A DNA stretch of 64,000 nt from Candidatus Latescibacterota bacterium (GCA_007136405.1 SLHA01000013.1:17368-81367), one strand, 5' to 3'. Counted from the first letter of the stretch, positions 9,051 to 19,353 are shown. Made by a program: numbers and translations. The notes: a model not told the origin generated them from the letters alone.

Positions 9051-9602
9051 ATGGACAACAACCCGTCCATGGTGACGGTGAGTGGTTTACCCGGTAGTGG
9101 AACCACCACGGTCTGCGGCGTGCTGCAGCGACACCTGGGATGGGTTCATCTCAATGCCGGCGCCATCTTTCGACAGCTGGCGGCAGAGGCCGGATTGGAC
9201 CTGGCCACCTACGGCAGGCGCGCCGAACTGGACGGCTCCATAGACTGCCGTCTCGACGCGCGCATGGTGGCCATGGCCCGCCAGGAGGGTCATGCCATCC
9301 TGGAAGGACGGCTTACCGGCTGGATGGCCAAGCGGCACCAGCTGCCGGCGTTGCGCTGCTGGGTGGATGCCCCGATTTCGGTTCGTGCGGCCCGGGTCAG
9401 TCAGCGCGACCAGCAGCCCCTGGATGAGGCGATCACAGGCATGCAACAGCGGGAGGCGTCGGAAGCGCAGCGATACAAGGCCTTTCATTCGATCGACATC
9501 ACGGAGTATTCCGTATACCACGTGGTTCTGGACTCCGAGCATCGATCCGCGGACCAGATCGCGGACCACATCATATCCTGTTTGAGGGAGGCCGGAGCAT
9601 GA
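9051..9602 (+). CDS. archaeal-type (family 2) cytidylate-kinase-like NMP kinase
   Basis: P-loop VTVSGLPGSGTTTV followed by LEGRLTGWM, matching archaeal/short Cmk. ATG at 9051 avoids overlap with yicC; the longer ORF from 9018 is possible. Confidence 0.7.
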   Translation: MDNNPSMVTVSGLPGSGTTTVCGVLQRHLGWVHLNAGAIFRQLAAEAGLDLATYGRRAELDGSIDCRLDARMVAMARQEGHAILEGRLTGWMAKRHQLPALRCWVDAPISVRAARVSQRDQQPLDEAITGMQQREASEAQRYKAFHSIDITEYSVYHVVLDSEHRSADQIADHIISCLREAGA

Positions 9603-10846
9603 GCCTGCATAACCGGAGTGTGCTTCTGGGTATCTCCGGAGGTATTGCCGCCTACAAGGCACCGCTGATTCTGCGCGGACTGCAGGCCGAAGGCGCCGAC
9701 GTTCGCGTGGTGCTGACGGAGAACGCCCACAGGTTCGTGGCGCCGGTACCGCTGGAGGTGCTGTCCCGCCATCCTGTGCACACCGGCATGTTCGAAACGG
9801 ACGCGGAATTCGCCGTCCTGCATGTAGGGCTGGCCGCGTGGGCAGACCTGGTTCTGGTTGCGCCCGCTACCGCGCAGTTGCTGGCCAGAATGGCCCATGG
9901 TCTGGCGGATGACCTGCTTTCCGGTGTGCTGCTGGGCACCACGGCGCGGATCGTACTGGCACCCTCCATGGAGGAGCACATGCTGGACCATCCGGCCACT
10001 CAGGCGAACCTGGACATCCTGCGCCGCCGGGGGTGCTGTATCATAGAGCCGGACAGCGGTGCGCTGGCCTCCGGCGGTTCGGGGCGCGGCAGACTGCCGG
10101 AACCGGATCAGATCGTGCGCCAGGTTGATGACTTGCTGGCGGCAACGGGTGATCTGGGCGGTCTCCGGGTGCTGGTGACCGCTGGTCCCACGTACGAGGA
10201 TATCGACCCGGTGCGGTATATCGGCAATCGCTCCAGCGGCAAGATGGGGTACGCCCTCGCGCGCCGGGCACGTGCCCGCGGAGCCGCCGTGCACCTGATC
10301 TCGGGGCCCACAGCTCTCCGCGTTCCCTCAGGGGTGAAGGCTGATTTCGTGCGCAGCACATGCCAGATGCAGGCCGCCGCCGAAGCCGTTTTCGACCAGG
10401 TGGATGTGGCCATCATGGCGGCCGCACCCAGTGATTTTCGGCCGCGGTCTCCGGCCGCCACCAAGATACGGCGGGAAGCCGGAGAGATGAGTATCGAACT
10501 GCTACCCAATCCGGACATCGCCGCAGCCCTGGGGCAGCGCAAGCGCACTGATCAGCAGCTCGTGGTGTTCGCGTTGGAGACGGGTGACGGTGAGCGAAAT
10601 GCCCGGGAGAAAATGGCCAGGAAAAAGGCGGACCTGGTGGTATTGAACAGCCTGGACGACGCGGGCGCTGGTTTCGAGGTGGATACCAACGTCGTCACCC
10701 TCATCAGCCGGGATGGTATACCCGAGCGTCTGCCTTGTCTGGACAAGGAGGTTGTGGCGGACCGGATCCTGGACCGGGTCGCACCGCAGCGGTCAGCCAC
10801 TGCAACCGCGGGCAGGCAACAGACCGAAGGCGACAAGGATACCTGA
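9599..10846 (+). CDS. coaBC: bifunctional phosphopantothenoylcysteine decarboxylase / phosphopantothenate--cysteine ligase
   Basis: N-terminal flavoprotein domain (LLGISGGIAAYKAPLILRGL) and C-terminal CoaB domain (GNRSSGKMGYALA, DFRP). ATGA overlap with the upstream stop. Confidence 0.9.
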   Translation: MSLHNRSVLLGISGGIAAYKAPLILRGLQAEGADVRVVLTENAHRFVAPVPLEVLSRHPVHTGMFETDAEFAVLHVGLAAWADLVLVAPATAQLLARMAHGLADDLLSGVLLGTTARIVLAPSMEEHMLDHPATQANLDILRRRGCCIIEPDSGALASGGSGRGRLPEPDQIVRQVDDLLAATGDLGGLRVLVTAGPTYEDIDPVRYIGNRSSGKMGYALARRARARGAAVHLISGPTALRVPSGVKADFVRSTCQMQAAAEAVFDQVDVAIMAAAPSDFRPRSPAATKIRREAGEMSIELLPNPDIAAALGQRKRTDQQLVVFALETGDGERNAREKMARKKADLVVLNSLDDAGAGFEVDTNVVTLISRDGIPERLPCLDKEVVADRILDRVAPQRSATATAGRQQTEGDKDT

Positions 10847-10850
10847 GCCC

Positions 10851-11744
10851 ATGACCGAGAGCGGAACAGAGAACGCGGTACAGGTTCTGGCCGGCGCGCG
10901 GCGTTTCCTCGAGGATCTGGCCGCTATGGAAGGCAACCTTCTCCTGGTTCCGGCGGGCGCTCCGGACAGCGCTCAGTATGCTGCAAATCCGGTGGGCACT
11001 TCGGACAGCGCCCAGTCTGACGATCTGCCGGTGGGCGCTCCGGACAGCGTCCAGTCTGACGCACAGCCCCCGGGTGCTTCGGGGCCTGATCGGCTCCAGG
11101 ATCTGGCGGCGGACGTCCCGGAGCGCGGCAATACGGCAGATCGGTCCGCAGGCAAGCCGGGTGCCGGTACGCCAGGTGCCGGCAAGACCGGGGAACTGGA
11201 GGTGTTGCGCCGGACCATCACCCGGTGCGAGCGCTGCGGGCTCTGCCACGTGCGGAACCGGCTGGTCTTCGGGAGCGGTGCCGTGGATGCCGGGATCCTG
11301 TTCGTCGGCGAGGCCCCGGGTGTCGACGAGGACCGTCAGGGCGAGCCCTTCGTGGGGGCCGCCGGGCAGTTGCTGACCCGGATCATCCAGTCCATGCAGC
11401 TGCGCCGTGACGAAGTCTATATCGCCAATGTGCTGAAATGCCATCCGCCGGGAAACCGGGATCCTAAACCGGAGGAAATCGCTGCGTGCGAGCCTTTTCT
11501 GCAGCAGCAGGTGCAGATCGTTCAGCCGCGCATCATCTGCGCCCTCGGCCGGATTGCTGCCCAGTCGCTGCTGCAGACGGACGCGTCCCTGACGCAGCTG
11601 CGCGGATCCCTGCATGAATACGCCGGTATTCCGGTCATCTGTACTTATCATCCATCCGCGCTGCTGCGCGATGCCACGCACAAGCGTCCTACATGGGAAG
11701 ACGTCAAGTGGCTGCGTCGCGAGTACGACGGTACGGAACTGTAG
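10851..11744 (+). CDS. uracil-DNA glycosylase family 4 with low-complexity N-terminal extension
   Basis: CERCGLC...GEAPG...ANVLKCHPPGNRDP...HPSALLR are the family-4 UDG Fe-S and catalytic motifs. The N-terminal ~130 aa are repeat-rich. Start at MTESG. Confidence 0.8.
   Translation: MTESGTENAVQVLAGARRFLEDLAAMEGNLLLVPAGAPDSAQYAANPVGTSDSAQSDDLPVGAPDSVQSDAQPPGASGPDRLQDLAADVPERGNTADRSAGKPGAGTPGAGKTGELEVLRRTITRCERCGLCHVRNRLVFGSGAVDAGILFVGEAPGVDEDRQGEPFVGAAGQLLTRIIQSMQLRRDEVYIANVLKCHPPGNRDPKPEEIAACEPFLQQQVQIVQPRIICALGRIAAQSLLQTDASLTQLRGSLHEYAGIPVICTYHPSALLRDATHKRPTWEDVKWLRREYDGTEL
10953..11062. repeat. three imperfect copies of GGTGGGCGCTCCGGACAGCG(C/T)CCAGTCTGACG
   Basis: Directly visible within the N-terminal extension of the UDG gene (PAGAPDSAQY / PVGTSDSAQSDD / PVGAPDSVQSDA). 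Confidence 0.8.
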
Positions 11745-11845
11745 CACCCCGGTGCAACCTGCCGCTGTAAGGTCTCGCACCCCGGACCGCGGCGACGACA
11801 CCCGCAGAAGAACCCGTTTCTCCATACCAGGGCAGACAGGAAGCG

Positions 11846-13240
11846 ATGAACGAAGCAGGCGGAGGCAACGGACAGAGCCTTGAGCGCATGCCGCCGCAGG
11901 CGGTGGACGTGGAGCAGGCCGTATTGGGCGCCATGCTGATCGACCAACGCGCCATCGGGCGAGCGGTGGAACTCCTGGATGAAGGTTGTTTCTACTACAG
12001 TCCACACAGCCGGATCTTCCGGGCCATTCTGGCGCTGTACGAGCGCGGTGAAGCCGTCGATCAACTGACTCTGGCAGAGGAGCTGAAACGTCACTCGAAA
12101 CTGGAAGAGGCCGGGGGGGTGGTCTATCTGGCCCGGTTGGCCACCGAAGTGGCGACCGGTGCCAACATCGAACACCATGCGCGCATCGTCCTGGAAAAAT
12201 CCCTGAGTCGCAAACTCATCGAGACGGCCTCGGAGGTCAGTGAGGCCGCGTACGAGGGCCGTCGCAACGTGCAGGAACTGGTGGACTGGGCCGAACAGCG
12301 CATCTTCGGCCTGTCTGAACGCGGCATGAGCGACGGTTTCGAAGCGCTCGAGCATGTCATGAGCGCAACGCTCGAGCAGATAGAGCGAGCGCACAACCGG
12401 GTCAGTACGGTGTCCGGTGTCGACACGGGGTTTACGGAGTTGAATGACCTCACTTCCGGTTTCCAGCCCGGTGACGTCATCATCCTGGCGGCCCGGCCTT
12501 CGGTGGGCAAGACGGCCTTGGCCCTGACGCTGGCCCGGAACGCGGCGGTGGATTCAGGCGTGGGCGTGGCCATCTTCAGTCTGGAGATGTCCAAGATGCA
12601 GCTGGCGCAACGCCTGCTGAGCGCGGAAACGCGGGTCGATCTGCACCGGTTGCGCACCGGGCGTCTCAGTGACGAGGACTGGCTGCACCTGACCCGCAAT
12701 GTGGGGCGTCTGGCCCAAGCTCCCATCTTCGTGGATGACACACCGGGGCTCTCCGTGCTGGAGGCGCGGGCCAAGGCGCGCCGCCTGCAGCGAGAACACG
12801 GTATCGGCCTGGTCATCATCGACTATCTGCAGCTGATGAGTGCCCATGAGCGGGTTAACAGCCGGGAGCAGGAGATATCACGTATCTCGCGGGGGCTGAA
12901 GGGGATGGCCAAGGAGCTCAATGTCCCGGTTCTGGCTCTGTCGCAGTTGTCGCGTGCCGTGGAGGGGCGAACCGACCGTCGTCCGCAGCTGTCCGATCTG
13001 CGCGAAAGCGGCAGTATCGAACAGGATGCCGATGTCGTGATGTTCATCTACCGGCCGGAAATATACGGACTCCAGGGACCGGATGGAGCCAGTCTGGAGG
13101 GCATTGCCGAGATCATCATCGGCAAGCAACGCAACGGTCCGATAGGATCCGTTCGACTGCAGTGGAATGCGGAGAGCGCTACCTACGAGCAGCTCGCCCC
13201 GGAGTGGCGTCTCGAGCCGGACGAGGAAGAACCCTACTGA
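11846..13240 (+). CDS. dnaB: replicative DNA helicase
   Basis: N-terminal DnaB domain (PPQAVDVEQAVLGAML). Walker A ARPSVGKTALAL, then IIDYLQLM and SQLSR motifs. 464 aa with no intein. Confidence 0.9.
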   Translation: MNEAGGGNGQSLERMPPQAVDVEQAVLGAMLIDQRAIGRAVELLDEGCFYYSPHSRIFRAILALYERGEAVDQLTLAEELKRHSKLEEAGGVVYLARLATEVATGANIEHHARIVLEKSLSRKLIETASEVSEAAYEGRRNVQELVDWAEQRIFGLSERGMSDGFEALEHVMSATLEQIERAHNRVSTVSGVDTGFTELNDLTSGFQPGDVIILAARPSVGKTALALTLARNAAVDSGVGVAIFSLEMSKMQLAQRLLSAETRVDLHRLRTGRLSDEDWLHLTRNVGRLAQAPIFVDDTPGLSVLEARAKARRLQREHGIGLVIIDYLQLMSAHERVNSREQEISRISRGLKGMAKELNVPVLALSQLSRAVEGRTDRRPQLSDLRESGSIEQDADVVMFIYRPEIYGLQGPDGASLEGIAEIIIGKQRNGPIGSVRLQWNAESATYEQLAPEWRLEPDEEEPY

Positions 13241-13354
13241 ACGCTCCCTCCCGGCCCGCTGCGCCGGCGTGCAACCCCGGTCACCGGCGCCGGTCGAGGC
13301 AGATGCCTGACCGGGCCGCGTAGCGGGTGCGCACCTCGGGTGGCAGGAGGATCC

Positions 13355-13963
13355 ATGTCGGGTTACTCAATCCCTGACGGCGAGACTACAGTAGAGCTGT
13401 TGGTCAAAAACTCCCGTTTCATCGGCACGGTGGGCCACGCGGATACGGTAGACCGCGCCAGATCCTGTATCGACCGCGTTCGCGCCCGCTATCCGGATGC
13501 GTCCCATCATGTATACGCCTTTGCCGTAGGTTACGGAGCCTCGGTAATCCATGGTATGAGCGACGCCGGGGAACCGTCCGGAACCGCGGGTCGGCCGACG
13601 CTGGCCGTGGTGCAGGGTGTCGGTTTGGGCGACGTGGTGGTCGTGACCTCGCGATATTTCGGGGGCACCAGACTGGGCACCGGAGGCCTGGTCCGCGCGT
13701 ACACCGCCACGGCGCAGAAAGCTCTGGCGGCTGCGCCGACGCGCTTAAGGGTGATATGGGCGCGGTTCGGGCTGGAGGTGGCCTACCCGCTCTATCCCGT
13801 CTGTCGGAGGCTTCTCGACGACCATGGTGTCCGCATCGAGGCAGAGGATTTCGCTGCCTCGGTATCGGTCCGGGCTGCATGCCCCCGGGAAAAGCTGCCC
13901 CGGGTACGCGCCGCGCTGCGCGAGGTCAGCTCTGGCCGGGTCACCGTACGCGTGCTGGCCTGA
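13355..13963 (+). CDS. yigZ: YigZ/IMPACT-family protein
   Basis: VKNSRFIG...HHVYAF...DDGEPSGTAG matches UPF0029/YigZ. ATG 13355 is preceded by an AGGAGG Shine-Dalgarno sequence; the GTG at 13340 is the ORF-track start. Confidence 0.75.
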   Translation: MSGYSIPDGETTVELLVKNSRFIGTVGHADTVDRARSCIDRVRARYPDASHHVYAFAVGYGASVIHGMSDAGEPSGTAGRPTLAVVQGVGLGDVVVVTSRYFGGTRLGTGGLVRAYTATAQKALAAAPTRLRVIWARFGLEVAYPLYPVCRRLLDDHGVRIEAEDFAASVSVRAACPREKLPRVRAALREVSSGRVTVRVLA

Positions 13964-13997
13964 TCACTCCGGGTCGGCCCTCACTCCGGGTCGGCCC
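13964..13997. repeat. perfect 17-bp tandem duplication TCACTCCGGGTCGGCCC x2
   Basis: Directly visible at the convergent junction; copy 1 abuts the yigZ stop and copy 2 contains the glgP stop. Confidence 0.9.
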
Positions 13998-16539
13998 AGT
14001 GCACCAGGCCCAGGCGGAGCGGATTCCTCAGATCCTCGTGCCATGGGATGACGCGTACCGTGAAACCATGGGAACCGGGACTGGAGCAGGGAAACTCGCC
14101 CCGGTAAAGGTGCAACCCGTTCCCGGTTTCCGTCACGTGTTCGAGCACCATGGTGATGGGATCTTCGATGTCATTCTGGGCGTTCAGTCTGCCGGAGTAC
14201 AGCTCCACCCGAACGTCCTTCGGGCGCAGTTCGCCGAGGTGCAGCGCGGCGCGGACCGGCACGGTCATGCCCACCTTCAGCATCTGCGCCTTGTCCGACT
14301 CCACCTTCTCTATGCGCACCGCCGGCCACTGCGCATCCATGTAGGACTGCCATTCGGTCAGGCGGATCACCCGTTCGGGGTCACGGTTCAATTCGATCCA
14401 ATGAGCGTGGTTGGGCAGGTACAGGCACTGGCTGTACTCGCGCACCATGCGATTGGTGTTGAAATACGGCGCCAGACTGGCAATGCTCTCCTTCATTCGA
14501 CCGATCCAGTCCTGCGGAATTCCATCCCCGTCGCGCCGGTAAAACAGCGGCACCACTTCGGATTCCAGCAGGTCATACAGCGAGTTCGATTCCACCTCGT
14601 CCTGGTACTCGCTGTCCTCGTATTCCTCGCCGCGGCCGATGGTCCAGCCCGAATGCATGGTGCACGCCTCGGCCCACCAGCCGTCCATGACGCTGACGTT
14701 CAGCACGCCGTTCAACGCTGCCTTCATGCCGGAGGTGCCACTGGCTTCCTGTGGGCGACGCGGGTTGTTCAACCAAACATCGCATCCCTGCACCATGAAA
14801 CGTGCCACGTTGATGTCATAGTCCTGCAGGAAAAAGACTCTGCCGTTGAACGGTTCCTGTCGGGCCAGGTGGACGATATCCCGGATCAGTTCCTTTCCCG
14901 GGTTGTCGCGGGGATGCGCCTTGCCGGAAAACAGGATCTGTAGAGGACGCCGGCTGTTCTGAAACATCGCCGCCAGCCTGTCTATGTCGCGGAACAAAAG
15001 ATTCCCGCGTTTGTACGTGGCGAACCGGCGGGCAAAGCCGATGGTCAACGCTTCCGGGTCCAGCGTCTGCAGCTGCTGGTCAATGCGCGCCGGGGGCAGT
15101 CCCTGACGGCTGAGTTGATTGCGCAGATGGAAACGGGCGTATTCGACCAGGCGCTGGCGACGGTACTGGTGCGTGGTCCACAGTTCCCGAGGCGGTATCT
15201 CGTGGGCGCGGTGCCACACCTGACCGTTGCGGTCGGCGTATCGCCAATCCGGGGTCAGGTACCGGTCATACAGCCCGGCGATTTCCAGTGACGCCCAAGA
15301 TTGCAGGTGGACACCGTTGGTGATGGCGCCTATGGGTGACTCCTCGGCCTCGATAGCCGGCCACAACCCTGCCCACATGCGCCGCGAAACCTGGCCGTGC
15401 AGTCTGCTGACGCCGTTGGCCTGCGCTGACAACCGCAGAGCGAGCACCGTCATGCAGAAGTCGCTGCTGGTGTCGGCCGGATTCTCGCGACCGAGCCCGA
15501 GCAGCTCCTCCCGGCTGAGTCCCAGCTCCTGGCGCAGGGGCTCCAGACAGCGCGCCGCCAGGTCCGGGGGGAACCAGTCGTTGCCAGCCGCTACAGGGGT
15601 ATGGGTGGTGAAAACATTGCCGGCGGTGCTGGCTTCACGCGCGGCAGCGAAGTTCAGCCCGTGCGTCTGCATCAACACGCGGATGCGCTCCAATGCCAGG
15701 AACGCGGAATGGCCCTCATTCATGTGGCATATCGTCGGTTGCACCCCCACCGCTTCCAGCGCCCGCAGACCGCCCACGCCCAGGAGCATTTCCTGGCGGA
15801 TTCGCATCTCCCTGTCGCCTCCGTACAGACGGGCGGTCAGTTCCCGGTCTTCCGGACGGTTCTGTTCCAGGTTTGTTTCCAGGAGATATAGCGGCACCCG
15901 TCCAACCTGTACGGACCATATCTGGGCGTAGACCGGACCATGCTCGCCAGGCACCTGGATGATCACAGGGCGGCCGTCCGTGTCACGGACCGGTTGCACG
16001 GCCATGTGATCGAAGTTGCTGTGCGGATAATACTCAGCCTGCCAGCCATCCGGATTCAGAGCCTGGTGGAAGTATCCCTGCCGGTATAACAGTCCAACTC
16101 CGACCAGGGGCACACCGAGGTCCGATGCGGCCTTCAGATGATCTCCGGCCAATACGCCGAGTCCACCGGAATAGATCCGCAGGCTCTCGGTCAGACCGAA
16201 TTCGAAAGAGAAATAAGCCACCTGCAGTTGGTGTTCCGGGTAGTTGGAAGGAAACCAGCTCGGTTGCGCCATGTACTCCTCGAACTGGCGCACGAGGTCG
16301 GTGGCCACGGCACTCATCTGCTCGTCCCGGGCCAACTGATCCAGCTGCTGCTGGTTGAGGGAAGACAGGAAACGCAGCGGGTTGCGTTCACAGGCGTCCC
16401 ACAGGTGGTTGTCGATCCGTTGCAGTGTCGCCTGCGCATCCTGGTTCCAGGTCCACCAGAGGTTGTAGTAAAGATTCCACAGGGGGGCCAGACGTTCAGG
16501 CAGGTCGGGTACGATGTGCAAGCGCGAGACAGGTTTCAT
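13981..16539 (-). CDS. glgP: alpha-glucan phosphorylase (GT35, alpha-glucan family)
   Basis: 852 aa. The N-terminal domain is like DUF3417 and the EASGTSGMK pyridoxal-phosphate lysine motif is present. Confidence 0.85.
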   Translation of the reverse strand: MKPVSRLHIVPDLPERLAPLWNLYYNLWWTWNQDAQATLQRIDNHLWDACERNPLRFLSSLNQQQLDQLARDEQMSAVATDLVRQFEEYMAQPSWFPSNYPEHQLQVAYFSFEFGLTESLRIYSGGLGVLAGDHLKAASDLGVPLVGVGLLYRQGYFHQALNPDGWQAEYYPHSNFDHMAVQPVRDTDGRPVIIQVPGEHGPVYAQIWSVQVGRVPLYLLETNLEQNRPEDRELTARLYGGDREMRIRQEMLLGVGGLRALEAVGVQPTICHMNEGHSAFLALERIRVLMQTHGLNFAAAREASTAGNVFTTHTPVAAGNDWFPPDLAARCLEPLRQELGLSREELLGLGRENPADTSSDFCMTVLALRLSAQANGVSRLHGQVSRRMWAGLWPAIEAEESPIGAITNGVHLQSWASLEIAGLYDRYLTPDWRYADRNGQVWHRAHEIPPRELWTTHQYRRQRLVEYARFHLRNQLSRQGLPPARIDQQLQTLDPEALTIGFARRFATYKRGNLLFRDIDRLAAMFQNSRRPLQILFSGKAHPRDNPGKELIRDIVHLARQEPFNGRVFFLQDYDINVARFMVQGCDVWLNNPRRPQEASGTSGMKAALNGVLNVSVMDGWWAEACTMHSGWTIGRGEEYEDSEYQDEVESNSLYDLLESEVVPLFYRRDGDGIPQDWIGRMKESIASLAPYFNTNRMVREYSQCLYLPNHAHWIELNRDPERVIRLTEWQSYMDAQWPAVRIEKVESDKAQMLKVGMTVPVRAALHLGELRPKDVRVELYSGRLNAQNDIEDPITMVLEHVTETGNGLHLYRGEFPCSSPGSHGFTVRVIPWHEDLRNPLRLGLVHWADPE

Positions 16540-16713
16540 ATTCCTCTTGATTTATAATAGGCCAACATACGAGGCGCCAACATGCTGGTGCTAAGAAAAA
16601 AACGGAACCTGCGGTGTCAAGACGGCCCCGGGGGGCGCCTTGTGTCGGATATCGTGCCGCGTATATTTGCTCCCATCTTGATGAAACGCCGAAAAAAGAG
16701 GAGACAGGCAGAT

Positions 16714-17727
16714 ATGGCCACGGAAGCCAAAGTGATCATCAGCGGTTTTGCGGACGAAGGGCCGGAGGACAAGAAGGCCGAGTCGCAACTCGTCATGTTG
16801 TCGGCATTGGGCTTGTCGTACTACAGCCTGCGCTTCGTCGATGTGGGGGACGGGGTCAAGAACGTCATGCAACTGGACGACGGCGAGATCCGGCACCTGC
16901 GGCAGCTCCACGCGGACTATGGCATCAAGGTGTCCTCCATCGGTTCGCCCATCGGCAAGGTCAAGTTGATGGACAGGGAAGACGGCACCGCGAACAGATA
17001 CGTGGATTTCGGACGGTACCTGCAGGAAGACGTGCAGCGGGCCATCGATCTGGCCGGAACCTTCGATACCAGGCTGATTCGGGGATTTTCGTTCTACCAT
17101 CCCAAAGGTGAAGATCCGGCCGCCTATGTGGACCAGGCGGCAGAACGGCTGGCAGACATCGCGGCGGCTTGCCAGCGCCACGGTGTGTTTTTCGGGCTGG
17201 AGGTAGAGGCCAATCTGGTCGGGCAGAACGGCCGGCTGCTGGCGGAGTTGCATCGCAAAGTGGACAATCCCCATTTGCTGCTGGTGTTCGATGGCGGCAA
17301 TCTGGCCTGTCAGAATCTGACACCGGCTCAGACTTTTACCGAATACGAGGCCATGAAGCAAGGTATAGGCTGGGTTCATATAAAGGACTACCGGATCGAT
17401 ACCTCCTTGGAATGGCAGGGGCACGTCGATGAAGGCCGCTTGCGCAATTTCGTGCCGGCGGACCGGGGAGATGCAGGGCATGAGGCTATCCTGCGGGATT
17501 TCGCCACCCAGGTTCCGGATCTGACTGCCCGGCTGTCAAAATTGGGTGTCCCCGGGGTGTTCCTGGATCTGGAGCCGCACCTAAAAGGCGGCGGTCAGTT
17601 CGGCGGTTTCAGCGGCATCGATGGTTTCGGTGTGGCGCTACGCTGCCTGCTGCGTCTGCTGGACTATGTCGGCCTGGAGTATGACCTGACTTCCTACGCG
17701 AATATTGCCGCGCAGAAGCAGGACTGA
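16714..17727 (+). CDS. sugar phosphate isomerase/epimerase (xylose-isomerase-like TIM barrel)
   Basis: Family-like pattern throughout (FGLEVEAN..., VHIKDY). Start at MATEAKVIISGF fits the family length; the upstream extension is Arg/Lys-rich and unlikely to be real. Confidence 0.7.
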   Translation: MATEAKVIISGFADEGPEDKKAESQLVMLSALGLSYYSLRFVDVGDGVKNVMQLDDGEIRHLRQLHADYGIKVSSIGSPIGKVKLMDREDGTANRYVDFGRYLQEDVQRAIDLAGTFDTRLIRGFSFYHPKGEDPAAYVDQAAERLADIAAACQRHGVFFGLEVEANLVGQNGRLLAELHRKVDNPHLLLVFDGGNLACQNLTPAQTFTEYEAMKQGIGWVHIKDYRIDTSLEWQGHVDEGRLRNFVPADRGDAGHEAILRDFATQVPDLTARLSKLGVPGVFLDLEPHLKGGGQFGGFSGIDGFGVALRCLLRLLDYVGLEYDLTSYANIAAQKQD

Positions 17728-17962
17728 CCGGGCCTTGCCTACCGGCGTCACCGCAGGCTCTGTAGAAGACGCGCCAGCCGAAGATGGGTTCTGGTGGTAC
17801 GGAATTTGCGGGGCGGCAGCTTTCCGTACCGCCAATACCGAACCGACCTGGCGCTGGACGCCTCAGCCAGTCAGCGAGGCCGGCCGCAGACCGGGTCAGA
17901 GGCGTGAGGCTCTCGCTCACCCCGAGCCCGCCGGTGCTTCCGGGCGCCACCGCAGACCGAAG

Positions 17963-18961
17963 TCAGCCTGTCCGTAGCGCCATGTAGTCGACGAAGTCCA
18001 CGACGGTGCCTTGATCGGAGGCTGCGCCCAGGCCTTCCACCAGCGCCATGGTCACCAGGTTGCGGGTACCGCTTGATTCGGGTTCGACACCGTGACGGAT
18101 CGCCTCGCTGAAGCCGTCCAGCAGCCTCTCTTCCGGTGCCGGCACGGCTTCCACCGGCAGCTCCTCCGGTTCCGTGCCAGCCGCTGTCCGGGCGATCAGC
18201 CGGCCGCCGATCAATTCGATGGCGGCTTCGTCGCATTCTATGTGCAGTGATCCACCTTTGGTGCGCGAGGCAAAGGTGCATAGCAGACCAAAGGAGACGC
18301 CGCCGTCGAACTCGACCCAACCGTGGAAAGCCGCACCGCCGGCGTAGGGGCTCCATGGTGGGTTGAAGCTGTGCGCCCAGAGCCGCCGCGGTTGGGCATC
18401 CAGGAGAAAGTGGAGCGTGTCCAGGTCATGGATGCCGCGCTCCCACAGATAGGAGTGACGATCGACGCCCGAATGATGCACGCCGGGGCGCCATCCGTAC
18501 GTGGTCATCAGACCGAAGCGCGGTACTCCGAAGCGTCCGCTCTGCAATACACGGCGCAGAGCCTGGTACGGCGCTCCAAAGCGCTTGTTCTGACACACGG
18601 CGATCTGCAAGCCGGCGGCGGCAGCCTGTTGTGCCAATGCGTGTGCGCTGGGCAGGTCCTTGGTAAACGGCTTTTCCACCAGCACATGCTTGCCGGCCTG
18701 GATGGCCATGTGACAGTGCCTGGCGTGGAAATCCGGTGGAGTGATGACGACGACGGCGTCCGCCTCCACCGCATCCAGGGCGTGCTCCAGAGCCGAAAAG
18801 CAGTCTCCTTCTCCCAGTCCGGTGAGCTCGCGGCCAGCGGCCAGGTGGTCCGGCCGCACATCGACCAGGGCCACGGGCTGGAAATCCTGGCGGCCTGGCA
18901 TGGCGCGCAGGGGCCACACGCCGCGGCCGCCGACGCCGATATGGATGGTCCTGATGGGCAT
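17963..18961 (-). CDS. Gfo/Idh/MocA-family oxidoreductase
   Basis: MPIRTIHIGVGGRG Rossmann start and EKP motif. Shine-Dalgarno GGAGA lies upstream of the ATG at 18961. The ORF-track N-terminal extension was rejected. Confidence 0.75.
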   Translation of the reverse strand: MPIRTIHIGVGGRGVWPLRAMPGRQDFQPVALVDVRPDHLAAGRELTGLGEGDCFSALEHALDAVEADAVVVITPPDFHARHCHMAIQAGKHVLVEKPFTKDLPSAHALAQQAAAAGLQIAVCQNKRFGAPYQALRRVLQSGRFGVPRFGLMTTYGWRPGVHHSGVDRHSYLWERGIHDLDTLHFLLDAQPRRLWAHSFNPPWSPYAGGAAFHGWVEFDGGVSFGLLCTFASRTKGGSLHIECDEAAIELIGGRLIARTAAGTEPEELPVEAVPAPEERLLDGFSEAIRHGVEPESSGTRNLVTMALVEGLGAASDQGTVVDFVDYMALRTG

Positions 18962-19353
18962 GGTCCGTATCTCCGTATTCTGGGTATTCTGGGATGCAGC
19001 TGCACGACTGGTTGACGCGGGGGCCAGGCGAGTTTTGTTTAGGACACCCGCCGGCGAATTGCCCGTTGAATGTCGACGCTGGCGGGCAGCCAACCCAAGA
19101 GGCAGCAGAGGCGTGACAGGAAGAGATGGAGGGTGCCGGTGTCACCACACGGGGGGCAACAGGGGAGCCCGCGGCGCCGACGCCAGAAGCGCGGAGCATA
19201 ATAGCCTGATACGTGCATGGTGTCAAGGGTCGGCGACGAGACTGGCCTGATTCAGGGCAATTCCGGAATTACGCCTCTTCAGCGGTCGCCGGAGATGCCT
19301 CTGCCGCTGCGCCACCCCAACCTGCTCGATCACCTTCCGGAGGAGCTGCGTAC

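Noticed and set aside
10704-12005. 433-aa minus-strand ORF across udg/dnaB
   Set aside because: Antisense to two strongly supported genes and compositionally biased.
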